DNA of 63,248 nt, the filler included, from Octopus bimaculoides (lineage: Eukaryota): NCBI RefSeq assembly GCF_001194135.2. It is 9 parts of 7 records of this genome, joined end to end, with 100 filler letters (N's around TTAATTAATTAA, not from the genome) between each part and the next. Parts side by side here need not be neighbours in the genome. Positions count along the whole stretch, not along the records: positions 9,495 to 22,593 come from NC_068981.1; positions 22,694 to 27,651 come from NC_068983.1; positions 27,752 to 30,247 come from NC_068987.1; positions 30,348 to 38,613 come from NC_068987.1; 5 more parts are not named here. One strand, given 5' to 3'. Of this stretch, positions 22,496-35,133 are shown piece after piece. Position numbers and translations under genes: made by a program. Positions within the stretch are counted from its first letter, which is position 1; every line of letters starts with the position of its first letter. Under the pieces are notes generated by a model that was not told the origin of the DNA, did not search any database, and worked only from the letters and a program-made list of their open reading frames with translations.

Positions 22496-22593
22496 TGATA
22501 GAAAAGGTAAGACAACAAAAGAAAGAAAGAGAATTCGATATTATGTAAATAGAGGAATTTATCTGTAAATAATATGTGACAGTTATTTGTTAG

Positions 22594-22693
22594 NNNNNNN
22601 NNNNNNNNNNNNNNNNNNNNNNNNNNNNNNNNNNNNNTTAATTAATTAANNNNNNNNNNNNNNNNNNNNNNNNNNNNNNNNNNNNNNNNNNNN
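22594..22693. other. Artificial scaffold-join spacer
   Basis: N44-TTAATTAATTAA-N44. Confidence 0.97.
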
Positions 22694-22740
<47 letters not shown>

Positions 22741-24653
22741 TATATAGATATATATATATATATGTATATATATGCACATATACATGTATGTAAGTATGTA
22801 TATGCATAGTATTGTATGTAGATATATACCATATACTTATACATATATATATATATTATATACATACGTTAATATATTGTACATTTGTCCGCATACACAT
22901 AGACGTACGCATAAACCACACCACACAGAGGCACACTCACATAGAAACAGAAGCACTTGTCGATGGGTCTGTTTGCGTGCCTCTGTAGGAATGCATGCAT
23001 AGATGTGTGTATTTGTACATGGCGTCCATTTTAATATTCCTTATGCGTTTTCTTATTGCGATTGTATCAGTTTTTCCCAAGTAAAAACAATCTAACATTT
23101 TTTTTTCTTTGTTTCAATATGGCTACGTCGGCATCGCAATTAATCTGCGGGCCTTTTTTACTCGACCGCTCTCTCTCTTTTCTGCCCCACATATGATCCT
23201 CCTTTCTTCTTTTCCTGTGTGTTTCTCTTTATACTCTCTTTATCTCTTCCCTTCTATATCTCTCCACCACCGCAATCAAGATCGTCAACTCATCCGTGTA
23301 TATATATATATATATCTGAGTATTATGATCTTGAGTGTTTTTAAGTGTATATATCAGCATGTGTGTGTGTGTGTGTGTTCAGGTGCTTGTGTTACATAGG
23401 TATGTATGCATGTAAGCATGCATACATGCATGCATGTATGTATGTATTCATGTATTTACGTACATGCGCGTGTGTATTTGCCTACTGTGATGTGCTCACC
23501 ACAAAGCAAACGTTACGAAATATGGAATAGATGCTAAATTGTTTCAATGTTGACATACAACAAAGAGATGACTCATGATTCTCTGGCTTCATTCCGTTAG
23601 ATTCTTACCATTCTGGTTACATGTACTAATCTTATTTTGCTCTTTTCAACGCCTTTTTTTTTTACCATTCATATTTCTTCAGCAAGCGATCGTGATTTTT
23701 TTCAAAAATGCTAATATTAACTTACAATATTAAATTATCTCACTCTCTCNNNNNNNNNNNNNNNNNNNNNNNNNNNNNNNNNNNNNNNNNNNNNNNNNNN
23801 NNNNNNNNNNNNNNNNNNNNNNNNNNNNNNNNNNNNNNNNNNNNNNNNNNNNNNNNNNNNNNNNNNNNNNNNNNNNNNNNNNNNNNNNNNNNNNNNNNNN
23901 NNNNNNNNNNNNNNNNNNNNNNNNNNNNNNNNNNNNNNNNNNNNNNNNNNNNNNNNNNNNNNNNNNNNNNNNNNNNNNNNNNNNNNNNNNNNNNNNNNNN
24001 NNNNNNNNNNNNNNNNNNNNNNNNNNNNNNNNNNNNNNNNNNNNNNNNNNNNNNNNNNNNNNNNNNNNNNNNNNNNNNNNNNNNNNNNNNNNNNNNNNNN
24101 NNNNNNNNNNNNNNNNNNNNNNNNNNNNNNNNNNNNNNNNNNNNNNNNNNNNNNNNNNNNNNNNNNNNNNNNNNNNNNNNNNNNNNNNNNNNNNNNNNNN
24201 NNNNNNNNNNNNNNNNNNNNNNNNNNNNNNNNNNNNNNNNNNNNNNNNNNNNNNNNNNNNNNNNNNNNNNNNNNNNNNNNNNNNNNNNNNNNNNNNNNNN
24301 NNNNNNNNNNNNNNNNNNNNNNNNNNNNNNNNNNNNNNNNNNNNNNNNNNNNNNNNNNNNNNNNNNNNNNNNNNNNNNNNNNNNNNNNNNNNNNNNNNNN
24401 NNNNNNNNNNNNNNNNNNNNNNNNNNNNNNNNNNNNNNNNNNNNNNNNNNNNNNNNNNNNNNNNNNNNNNNNNNNNNNNNNNNNNNNNNNNNNNNNNNNN
24501 NNNNNNNNNNNNNNNNNNNNNNNNNNNNNNNNNNNNNNNNNNNNNNNNNNNNNNNNNNNNNNNNNNNNNNNNNNNNNNNNNNNNNNNNNNNNNNNNNNNN
24601 NNNNNNNNNNNNNNNNNNNNNNNNNNNNNNNNNNNNNNNNNNNNNNNNNNNNN

Positions 24654-24714
<61 letters not shown>

Positions 24715-24725
24715 TAATAGAAAAA

Positions 24726-25555
24726 CCTCTCCACCGATGTTTGTCGTAATGTTTTGTAAACTCCATCTCAATATGAAGTCACGTGTTAATGGAATCTTAT
24801 CAGACCTTATCTCAATTGACAACGGTATGAATCAAGGAGACATTTGCCACTACACTTTTCTCCACCTATTTCGCTTTTGCAATTCCCTATGCTTTTCAAG
24901 AATGTACCTTTGGTCTCTATCTATGGCCCCGATCCTCTGCTAAAGTATTCAATCTGAGTCGGTTGAGATTCATATTTTTCGTGAATTGCTATATAATGAC
25001 GATAAACGAAATATTCAAAATTTGGTGGGGGTTGTTTTTTTCTTTTTTTAGAGCTTGCATTGCGTTACTATTAGTCTAACTCACACTGGAGAAGTTTATG
25101 CGGAGCCTAACATCAGTGTAAATAGACGCGACTGGAAGTCGTCGATGGTTTTATGTATCTTAGGGTCATTATATCATCTGCAGGATCTTTAGATGCTGAA
25201 ATCCATCAGAGTTTTGCGAAAGCAACTACTGCTATCGGCAGTCTCCTAAAACGACTGTGGAAGGACAGAGGAATCACTCTTAACACAACGTTTTCTATCT
25301 CTATAGCAATTGTGTTTTAAGCTGTCCTTTGTATGCTTCAGAAACATGGACCACTTATTGCCATCACGGTGCATCACTTGAAAGATTCCACCAAAACTGC
25401 CTAAGACACATACTAAGGATACAGTGGCAGACAAAATCACCAGACACTATTCTTTTCGCAAACGCTGATATGCCTAGCATTGAAAAATCCTTATTTTGAA
25501 CAAAATGAGCTGGTTGGGTCATTTATTTAGAATGGAAGACGGGAATTCCTTAGCA
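24726..25555 (+). mobile_element. RTE-BovB-like LINE remnant (RT to post-RT region)
   Basis: PPMFVVMFCKLHLNMKSRVNG..NGMNQGD..PTLFSTYF, KVFNLSRL, RELLY, SLDAEIHQSFAKAT, LYASETWTTY..LERFHQNCLRHILRIQWQ, MSWLGHLFRMED; frameshifted. Confidence 0.85.
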
Positions 25556-25556
25556 A

Positions 25557-25770
25557 TTATTGACACTCTGTCGGTTACAACGACGAGTGTTCCAGTGGAT
25601 CCGATCAATAGAACAACCACTTCGTGAAATTAACGTGCAAGTGGCTGAGTACACCACAGACATGCGTACCGTTAACGTAATTCTCAGTGAGATTCAGCAT
25701 GCCACAAAATGTCACACGGATGGTCCTTTGAAATACAAATTTTACTCATTTCTGCCAGTTAAGTGGAGCA
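25557..25770 (-). mobile_element. SINE family B 3' part
   Basis: GGATCCGATCAATAGAACAACC..CGTGAAATTAACGTGCAAGTGGCTGAG is the reverse complement of 37290-37345. Confidence 0.8.
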
Positions 25771-27651
25771 AGAACAGATACGAAAACGAAATGTGTGACG
25801 AAAGATTTCCGGACAATAGACAAGAGCTAAAATAAAAACAGTAATAAACGAGTGAAGAACAAATATATAGTGTGTGCTTATTTGGCAAGAAAACAAAACA
25901 AAACAAAATGACCCTCCCGAAATACAACAATATTTGTTTCAATACCCGATCTCTCATCAGAAATCTTGCAGCATAAATTGCTAAACGTGTATATATGTAT
26001 ATTAAATGTTTTAAGTAATAAACACAAAAAGAAGACAGTGCTAGAGGGATAAATTTTGATTGATATATTAGTTTAACGCTTAAAATGAAGAGAAAGATTT
26101 GAATTTACAGACGCTAGCCTTCATCAGCAGATATATGTGAATCAGAAAGTTTGCATGTACATATGTGTTGTTTCAAAATATTATAGTTCTACATAGAATA
26201 TTTGGAGATATCAGTCTACACTTCATGCGACAAAGAAATACAAACAGCTCACTTTGTCGTTCTATGCAATATATTTACGAGTAGTAATATAGGTTTAAAT
26301 CGATTATTAAGGAGATTTTAAGTAAATCGGACAGCTTGATTTGCATATATAACGCCTTCTTGTAAGCAATTTCGGTTGATAAATTTATGTTTATGAGTAC
26401 CGTCTAATTGCCCCGAAAAGATGCACTGGCTGATGAAATCCCATCACAAGAAATGAAACTTGTCCTGCTTAGCCGTCTGTTTTTGCGCATGAAGTTATTG
26501 TATATATTGGTTTACAATTTTGGTACAAGGCGAGCAATTCCGGAGGAGACGGTAAATCGATTACATCGATCCCAGTACTTAACAAATACTTATTTTATCA
26601 ACTCTGAAAGGATGAAAAGCAAAGATAACCTTGGCGGAATTTGAACTCAGAAAGTAAAGACGGATGAAATGTTGCTAATCATTTTGCCTGATGTGCTAAC
26701 AATTCTACCAGCTCACCGCTTTAGATATTGTATATATTGAAAGGGTTTTCTTCCTCAATTGTAATGTATTTTTATGCTACTCAACGATATTGCAACTTGT
26801 TTGGAATGAGGAAATATCCCAAATGGGCAAGTCGAAATATTTCAACAGTTACACGTCATTTTTAAAATTTTTACCTCTTGTGTGTGATGCGGGAAATGAG
26901 TTTATATATGCAGGAATTGTTAAATTTAACGTGTGCGTTGACAATTATTGAAGTAGACAACAACATAACTTTTACGAAGGTGAGTCAGTATATAACTGAC
27001 GTTATCACAAGATGTACCTGAAAAGCCTGCAGCTTTCTGATGTCTGGAAGATATCAAACAGTGACTTGAAAGCTCCAGGCGTTATGTATTGGTTGCAAGT
27101 ATTGTCTTATAGTGAAAGTGTCTTTCTACATTCATGTGTCTAAGATGCACATCCTGGCATTTATGTAAGTCTCATCATGTATAACCCTTCATTAGAGGAC
27201 ACAGAGGGTAGGTTTTGAGTCCTTTCTAAAGCAATTATTCCACGTTGATATTGATCTTATTTCGTTCCCCATGAATTTATTTACCAAGCATGCATGACAA
27301 CATATCTAGGAACACAAACTACAAATTACATACTTCTGGTATAGAAGGTGCAAGTGACTGTATGCTGAAGAAACTCGCTTCGAAATTATGTGGTTTCGAG
27401 TTCAGTCATGTATGGGAATTCAGTAGGGGGAAAGTGTGGAGGAGTCCATTGTATGTGTGTGTGTGTGTACATATGTGTGTGTATGTGTGCATGTATGTGC
27501 ATCTATCTATCTATCTATCTATCTGCCTGTCTGTCTGTCTCGCTCTGTCTGTCTCTCTCTCTGTCTCTCTGTCTCTCTCTGTCTCTCTCTCTGTCTCTCT
27601 CTCTCTATATATATATATATCTACCTATATATATATATATATATATATATA

Positions 27652-27751
27652 NNNNNNNNNNNNNNNNNNNNNNNNNNNNNNNNNNNNNNNNNNNNTTAAT
27701 TAATTAANNNNNNNNNNNNNNNNNNNNNNNNNNNNNNNNNNNNNNNNNNNN
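27652..27751. other. Artificial scaffold-join spacer
   Basis: N44-TTAATTAATTAA-N44. Confidence 0.97.
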
Positions 27752-27764
27752 CTTTAGGTGTTTT

Positions 27765-27862
27765 TGCTCAATAAACACTGACAATGCCTTGTCTGGGAAT
27801 TAAAACCGCGATCCTATGACCGCGAGTCCGCTGCCCTAACCACTGGGCCATTGCGCCTCCAC
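27765..27862 (-). mobile_element. SINE family B tRNA-like head
   Basis: GGAGGCGCAATGGCCCAGTGGTTAGGGCAGCGGACTCGCGGTC...AATTCCCAGAC; continues into the body seen at 37050-37110. Confidence 0.8.
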
Positions 27863-27871
27863 ATACACACA

Positions 27872-27905
<34 letters not shown>

Positions 27906-28204
27906 GTATATATATATATATACACGTGTGGGTGTGTCTTTGTGTCTGTGTTTGTTCTCCCCCCCCCAATTCACAATCGGTGTTAGTTTGTCTATGTCGC
28001 CGTAACTTAGCAGTTCAGTTCAAGGATCCGATAGAATAAGTACCAGGCTTTAAGAAAGTACTGGGGCCAATTCATTCGACTAAAAGTTCTTCAAGATCGT
28101 ACCCCACATGGCTGCGGTCTAATGGCTGAAACAAGTAATAAATAAATGGTATGAATTCAAGCGTCTTACCACACAGCCACGCCTGCGCTATGTATTTATA
28201 TAAG

Positions 28205-28250
<46 letters not shown>

Positions 28251-28789
28251 TATACGCAAAGCGTGACGAGAAATCAACGAACCAAGCAAGCAACGAACCA
28301 ACCGACGAACCGACCAACGAACCAAACAACATATATATCGGCATTTATTATGTAAGATCTGTGAATAGTTTCCTAGTGTTAGGCTCTTCTATAAGACCTC
28401 AATCACCCTACAATGCATGATGCTAAAACGATCCGACAATACGCACTTTGTAATAGAGTTTATTCATTCTTTATTGGTCTTTATTTAAATTCACTTCTTT
28501 TTACCAACTTCACAAGTCCTTATGTTCCACACACCATTCAGATGCGTATTTTATTTACCTTTATATAAAACAGAATTGTTGGAGGCGTGAAGTTGTGAAT
28601 AGATTTTTCGGTAATAAATTAATATTTATTTATTGTATTTGCTGCCAACGTCAGATCTTTTTTTCCCTTTATATGTATTTTATCGCTTTCCAAAGCTTGT
28701 CTCTCTTTTCAAGTCATTCAATATCTATCCAGCCCTGCGTTTATTTTACTTCTGCCTCCTTCTTCTTGTTTTTAACTGCAGCTCACAGA

Positions 28790-29498
28790 ATTCTTCTTCT
28801 TCTTCTTCTTCTTCTTCTTCTTTTTTCTACCCCTCCTCCCCTTCCCCTCCCTTCTTCTTCTTCTTCTTCTTCTTCTTCTTCTTCTTCTTCTTCTTCTTCT
28901 TCTTNNNNNNNNNNNNNNNNNNNNNNNNNNNNNNNNNNNNNNNNNNNNNNNNNNNNNNNNNNNNNNNNNNNNNNNNNNNNNNNNNNNNNNNNNNNNNNNN
29001 NNNNNNNNNNNNNNNNNNNNNNNNNNNNNNNNNNNNNNNNNNNNNNNNNNNNNNNNNNNNNNNNNNNNNNNNNNNNNNNNNNNNNNNNNNNNNNNNNNNN
29101 NNNNNNNNNNNNNNNNNNNNNNNNNNNNNNNNNNNNNNNNNNNNNNNNNNNNNNNNNNNNNNNNNNNNNNNNNNNNNNNNNNNNNNNNNTCCTCATCTTC
29201 CCCTCCCTTCTTCTTCTTCTTCTTCTTTTTCTTCTTCTTCTTCTTTTTCTTCTTCTTCTTCTTCTTTTTCTTCTTCTTCTTCTTCTTTTTCTTCTTCTTC
29301 TTCTACCCCCTCATCATCTTCCCCTCCCTTCTTCTTCTTCTTCTTCTTCTTCTTCTTCTTCTTCTTCTTCTTCTTCTTTTTCTTCTTCTTTTTTCTACCC
29401 CTCCTCATCTTCCCCTCCCTTCTTCTTCTTCTTCTTCTTCTTCTTCTTCTTCTTCTTCTTCTTCTTCTTCTTCTTCTTCTTCTTCTTCTTCTTCTTCT
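28790..29498. repeat. Compound (TTC)n microsatellite with a recurring CTACCCCTC.TCATCTTCCCCTCCC insert
   Basis: The insert motif recurs near 28826, 29190, 29302 and 29395; the array includes an N gap. Confidence 0.9.
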
Positions 29499-30075
29499 TT
29501 ACAGTTCCACCCATTCAACAAAAGCGATAACTACGACCAGTACCAACTGAAGTTATTTCTTCTCGTAGCTGCGGGAATACAAACAATGAATGAGAGAGTC
29601 GCACAATATTACAGTAGAGCAGCCACAGATATTATTTTCTAACTGAATTTACAAATAATATTAGCGAATGATAATTTACCGATGAATAGATCACAATTGC
29701 TCAGTATTATTTCTCGGACATTTTTACTGTTTCTACATTAAAAGAAATTTTACAGTGAAAAGAAATTTTCCAAGTTAGTACGGCAGGCTGAAAGTAGCAG
29801 CCAGATTTCTCACAAATCACAACTGGATGTTTTATACATCAGACAACCTAAATGAATAATGAATCTTTAACAAGATCTAAATCAACGCTTGGAATGTCCT
29901 TAATGAAAACATTGAATGGACACTTATATGCAAAACATTGAAATATTAGAAATATTTCGAAAAATAAATGAGAATAAAATCTGAAAGCCTATAGATTTGA
30001 CTATTTAAATTTGATCTAAATTTAATAGATTAATAGAATCTCTGTTGCGAAATTGGCCGCAGAGTTATGCAGTAA

Positions 30076-30113
<38 letters not shown>

Positions 30114-30247
30114 TGCGTGCGTGTGTGTGTATGTATATATACATACATATATATATCTATATATATACATATATACATAGTATATATATGTATATATATA
30201 TATATATATGTGTGTGTGTATGTATGTGTGTGTGTATATGTATATAT

Positions 30248-30347
30248 NNNNNNNNNNNNNNNNNNNNNNNNNNNNNNNNNNNNNNNNNNNNTTAATTAAT
30301 TAANNNNNNNNNNNNNNNNNNNNNNNNNNNNNNNNNNNNNNNNNNNN
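30248..30347. other. Artificial scaffold-join spacer
   Basis: N44-TTAATTAATTAA-N44. Confidence 0.97.
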
Positions 30348-31085
30348 ATTTTATGTATAACTCGTCATTGACATTGAAAAGCTATATGCAAGCAATTAAT
30401 GAAATGGATTCGTAAATCGCTAGTGACAGTGGTGGTGGTGGTGGTGGTGGTGGTGGTGGTGGCCTTGGCGGTGGTGCTCATTGTGGTGGTGGCTGTGTTG
30501 GTGATGGCGATGACGATGATGGTGATGACAGTAGTGTTTTGGTAATGATGTTGTTACTAATGGTGAGGTTCGCAGTAAATTTGCTGATGAGTGGTAGAGA
30601 TGGAGGTCGTGGAGATGACGTGCTGGAGTGTTCATGATGAGGCCGTCCTGGCAGTAGTGATGGCAAACGTTTATATTTGTATTGATAACTGTTATAATGG
30701 TTGTGACGGTAGTAATAGCAGTGGTGGTAGTTGCACACGTTGTGATGGCAGTGGTGGTAGAAGTGATGCGTGTTGTCAAGGTCTCGCTGTGCTGAACGAT
30801 TATACGGCTGTCAAATTAATCCGTCGGAATTGAGTGCTGTAATACTGCAGATATATAGCAAATTGGAAGAATTTCCGATGCCAGACAGACATGTGCCTCT
30901 CCTCCGTTCATTAAAATTGAATCTGACTCTGTACATTTGAGGATGGAGCCGTCCGTCAGTGCGTACGAAACATTAATTAATGTGAAGCCAAGTCAAAGTT
31001 TAATTAAAAAAAAAAAAGCTAACTAAAAGTGCTGAGCATAAATTACCTTCGTGTCTTCGTTTCCCCAACTCTGTGTGCATGCGTG

Positions 31086-31117
<32 letters not shown>

Positions 31118-32398
31118 TGTATGTATGTATGTATGTATNNNNNNNNNNNNNNNNNNNNNNNNNNNNNNNNNNNNNNNNNNNNNNNNNNNNNNNNNNNNNN
31201 NNNNNNNNNNNNNNNNNNNNNNNNNNNNNNNNNNNNNNNNNNNNNNNNNNNNNNNNNNNNNNNNNNNNNNNNNNNNNNNNNNNNNNNNNNNNNNNNNNNN
31301 NNNNNNNNNNNNNNNNNNNNNNNNNNNNNNNNNNNNNNNNNNNNNNNNNNNNNNNNNNNNNNNNNNNNNNNNNNNNNNNNNNNNNNNNNNNNNNNNNNNN
31401 NNNNNNNNNNNNNNNNNNNNNNNNNNNNNNNNNNNNNNNNNNNNNNNNNNNNNNNNNNNNNNNNNNNNNNNNNNNNNNNNNNNNNNNNNNNNNNNNNNNN
31501 NNNNNNNNNNNNNNNNNNNNNNNNNNNNNNNNNNNNNNNNNNNNNNNNNNNNNNNNNNNNNNNNNNNNNNNNNNNNNNNNNNNNNNNNNNNNNNNNNNNN
31601 NNNNNNNNNNNNNNNNNNNNNNNNNNNNNNNNNNNNNATAAGATGGAAAGAGGGAGAAAGAGGGAGAGAAAGTGAAAGAGAAAGTGAAAGAGAGAGAGAG
31701 AGATAGAGAGATGGAGTCAGTAGAAGATAAGTGTAAAATATGGCAGACAATAAAAACTCATGAGAAGCATTAAAACAGATGAGATGAATGAAAATTAGTC
31801 CGTCATCGGATGACAAACGTGAGAAGAATGGTGAAAAATGTAATAGCCGATGAGAGAAAAAATATAGCAGATGTTTATTTTCCTGTTTCTTATGTAATTG
31901 TTGAGTTGTAAAGGATGCAGGACACACACAGACACACATACACATACACACACACCCACAAGCACACACACACACACGCACACACGCACACAGACACACT
32001 GACACAAACACCCCCAACACACACACATATATACGATGGGCTTCTTTCAGTTTCCATTTATCAACTCCACTCACAAGGCTTTGGTCGACACACGGTTATA
32101 GTAGAAAACAATTGTCCAAAGTGCCACCCAGTGGGACTGAACCCTGAACCATGTGGTTGGTAAGCAAGCTACTCACCACACAGCCGCACACACACATACA
32201 CACACATATAAGAGAGGTGAGGATTGAAATTCTTCAAAGGGTTGTAAAGCATCCAAGCCCACCGGTACAATCCAAGCAAAGAATGTATATAAATATATAT
32301 TCAGTATTATCAGAATCAATAAATAAAGTATAAAGAAAGGACAAAAAAAAGCAAAAAACAAAACAAGTGTAGACGATCTTGGTACAAAATCAATTTAT

Positions 32399-32487
32399 AT
32401 TCTACAAATTGTTTCGGAATCTAATTAATTCCAAAGACAAAACGAAAAACTCTTCTCGAGATAAAAATTGGATTCTTCGTCAGGAAT
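32399..32487 (-). ncRNA. Type I hammerhead ribozyme motif (Penelope-like terminal repeat context)
   Basis: Minus strand: ATTC-CUGACGA-aGAAUC[48-nt loop]GAUUCc-GAA-ACA-AUU-UGU-A-GAAU. Helix I 4 bp, helix II 5 bp with an A.C closing mismatch, helix III 3 bp, GUA cleavage triplet. All core residues present. Confidence 0.65.
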
Positions 32488-33654
32488 TACTTATTGGTAT
32501 GAATAATTACATATTGGTATGAATAATAACAAAACATATAAAAAGACCTTTTATAGCCCAAACAAGAACGAACACTCAAATATATATATCATGTTTATCA
32601 TATGACCAATGTTGCTATTAGATGTTGTTACACATCGCTTTTCGCAATGATCTTTTGCATTGTTTTAACTCTCTAATGACGGCACCTCTCTAGTTAGGCG
32701 AGCAGACCAGCATACTGCCTCCCTTGATCGAAAGGGGGAATGGAACAACGTGAAAAGAAGTATTTTGTTCAAGAACACAATGCATAGCCCTGCCAGGTTA
32801 ATTCTTTTCACTGGTGACGTCGTTGAATTGTGTCATGTTTTGAAGGAGCGCGTGAATAGAAATACGTTGTAGGAATTTGTTGAGGACCTGTTATTATATT
32901 GTTGCCGTTTTGTTGGAATTGTTTTGTTGTTGNNNNNNNNNNNNNNNNNNNNNNNNNNNNNNNNNNNNNNNNNNNNNNNNNNNNNNNNNNNNNNNNNNNN
33001 NNNNNNNNNNNNNNNNNNNNNNNNNNNNNNNNNNNNNNNNNNNNNNNNNNNNNNNNNNNNNNNNNNNNNNNNNNNNNNNNNNNNNNNNNNNNNNNNNNNN
33101 NNNNNNNNNNNNNNNNNNNNNNNNNNNNNNNNNNNNNNNNNNNNNNNNNNNNNNNNNNNNNNNNNNNNNNNNNNNNNNNNNNNNNNNNNNNNNNNNNNNN
33201 NNNNNNNNNNNNNNNNNNNNNNNNNNNNNNNNNNNNNNNNNNNNNNNNNNNNNNNNNNNNNNNNNNNNNNNNNNNNNNNNNNNNNNNNNNNNNNNNNNNN
33301 NNNNNNNNNNNNNNNNNNNNNNNNNNNNNNNNNNNNNNNNNNNNNNNNNNNNNNNNNNNNNNNNNNNNNNNNNNNNNNNNNNNNNNNNNNNNNNNNNNNN
33401 NNNNNNNNNNNNNNNNNNNNNNNNNNNNNNNNNNNNNNNNNNNNNNNNNNNNNNNNNNNNNNNNNNNNNNNNNNNNNNNNNNNNNNNNNNNNNNNNNNNN
33501 NNNNNNNNNNNNNNNNNNNNNNNNNNNNNNNNNNNNNNNNNNNNNNNNNNNNNNNNNNNNNNNNNNNNNNNNNNNNNNNNNNNNNNNNNNNNNNNNNNNN
33601 NNNNNNNNNNNNNNNNNNNNNNNNNNNNNNNNNNNNNNNNNNNNNNNNNNNNNN

Positions 33655-33977
33655 NAGAAATTCTAGCCCACATTACCATACCGGACCTGCACAACATTGC
33701 TGAGGAATTAGTGCTTCCCGATGACACTCGTTTACGGATCGTGGTGGAGGGAAGGCAAACAGTATGCTACAAATGCAGAAGTAGAGGTCACATGCAAGCG
33801 GTGTGTCCTCGCAGAGAAATAATCGTAGAAGAAGAAAAAATAGAAGAAACAGAGGTCTGTGAGGAGGAAATGACCGAACAGGAAGAGGGAGAAGAAAAGC
33901 AGGAAGAGACTGAGGAGCATGGAGAAAAAAAGCGGATGCGGACTGAATCGCCGCCAAAGTCCCCAAAAAGAAAGTAA
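33655..33977 (+). mobile_element. Gag-like ORF1 C-terminus with CCHC zinc knuckle, probably Tx1/L1-group LINE
   Basis: RIVVEGRQTVCYKCRSRGHMQAVC matches CX2CX4HX4C, followed by an acidic tail and SPKRK. Flanked by N gaps. Confidence 0.7.
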
Positions 33978-34001
33978 AGGGGAAAGAAAAAAAGATGATG
34001 G

Positions 34002-34079
34002 AAGATGGAAATGATAGCGAGGAACAGAACGTAACTAAGAAAGATGGAAATTATAGCGAGGAACAGAACGTAACTAAGA
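34002..34079 (+). repeat. 39-bp tandem duplication (2 copies, 1 mismatch)
   Basis: AAGATGGAAAT(G/T)ATAGCGAGGAACAGAACGTAACTAAGA twice. Confidence 0.95.
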
Positions 34080-35133
34080 TTGAAACCCAAGATACAAAGC
34101 AGGAAAAACAGTTGACAAGACAGGAGAGGTAGCTAAACTGGTGGACTGTGTTGAGGGAACAGAAGGAAAAGGCGAAGGCAGAAGGAAGGATAATCGGAAA
34201 GGTAGATTTTAAAAATATTAGAANNNNNNNNNNNNNNNNNNNNNNNNNNNNNNNNNNNNNNNNNNNNNNNNNNNNNNNNNNNNNNNNNNNNNNNNNNNNN
34301 NNNNNNNNNNNNNNNNNNNNNNNNNNNNNNNNNNNNNNNNNNNNNNNNNNNNNNNNNNNNNNNNNNNNNNNNNNNNNNNNNNNNNNNNNNNNNNNNNNNN
34401 NNNNNNNNNNNNNNNNNNNNNNNNNNNNNNNNNNNNNNNNNNNNNNNNNNNNNNNNNNNNNNNNNNNNNNNNNNNNNNNNNNNNNNNNNNNNNNNNNNNN
34501 NNNNNNNNNNNNNNNNNNNNNNNNNNNNNNNNNNNNNNNNNNNNNNNNNNNNNNNNNNNNNNNNNNNNNNNNNNNNNNNNNNNNNNNNNNNNNNNNNNNN
34601 NNNNNNNNNNNNNNNNNNNNNNNNNNNNNNNNNNNNNNNNNNNNNNNNNNNNNNNNNNNNNNNNNNNNNNNNNNNNNNNNNNNNNNNNNNNNNNNNNNNN
34701 NNNNNNNNNNNNNNNNNNNNNNNNNNNNNNNNNNNNNNNNNNNNNNNNNNNNNNNNNNNNNNNNNNNNNNNNNNNNNNNNNNNNNNNNNNNNNNNNNNNN
34801 NNNNNNNNNNNNNNNNNNNNNNNNNNNNNNNNNNNNNNNNNNNNNNNNNNNNNNNNNNNNNNNNNNNNNNNNNNNNNNNNNNNNNNNNNNNNNNNNNNNN
34901 NNNNNNNNNNNNNNNNNNNNNNNNNNNNNNNNNNNNNNNNNNNNNNNNNNNNNNNNNNNNNNNNNNNNNNNNNNNNNNNNNNNNNNNNNNNNATAAGTGT
35001 ATGTATAGATATGTTTATATATATGTGTGTTTATATATATATGTATAGATATATATATATATGTATGTATATATATGTATATATATATATATATATATAT
35101 ACATATATATATGTATATATATGTATATATATA

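Noticed and set aside
26095-26140. CTGATGAAGGCTAGC on the minus strand as another hammerhead
   Set aside because: No GAAA or helix II partner can be found; at most a very decayed relic.
30420-30790. His/Thr-rich and Gly/Ser-rich ORFs
   Set aside because: They derive from (GGT/GAT)n-rich low-complexity sequence and have no splice or domain support.
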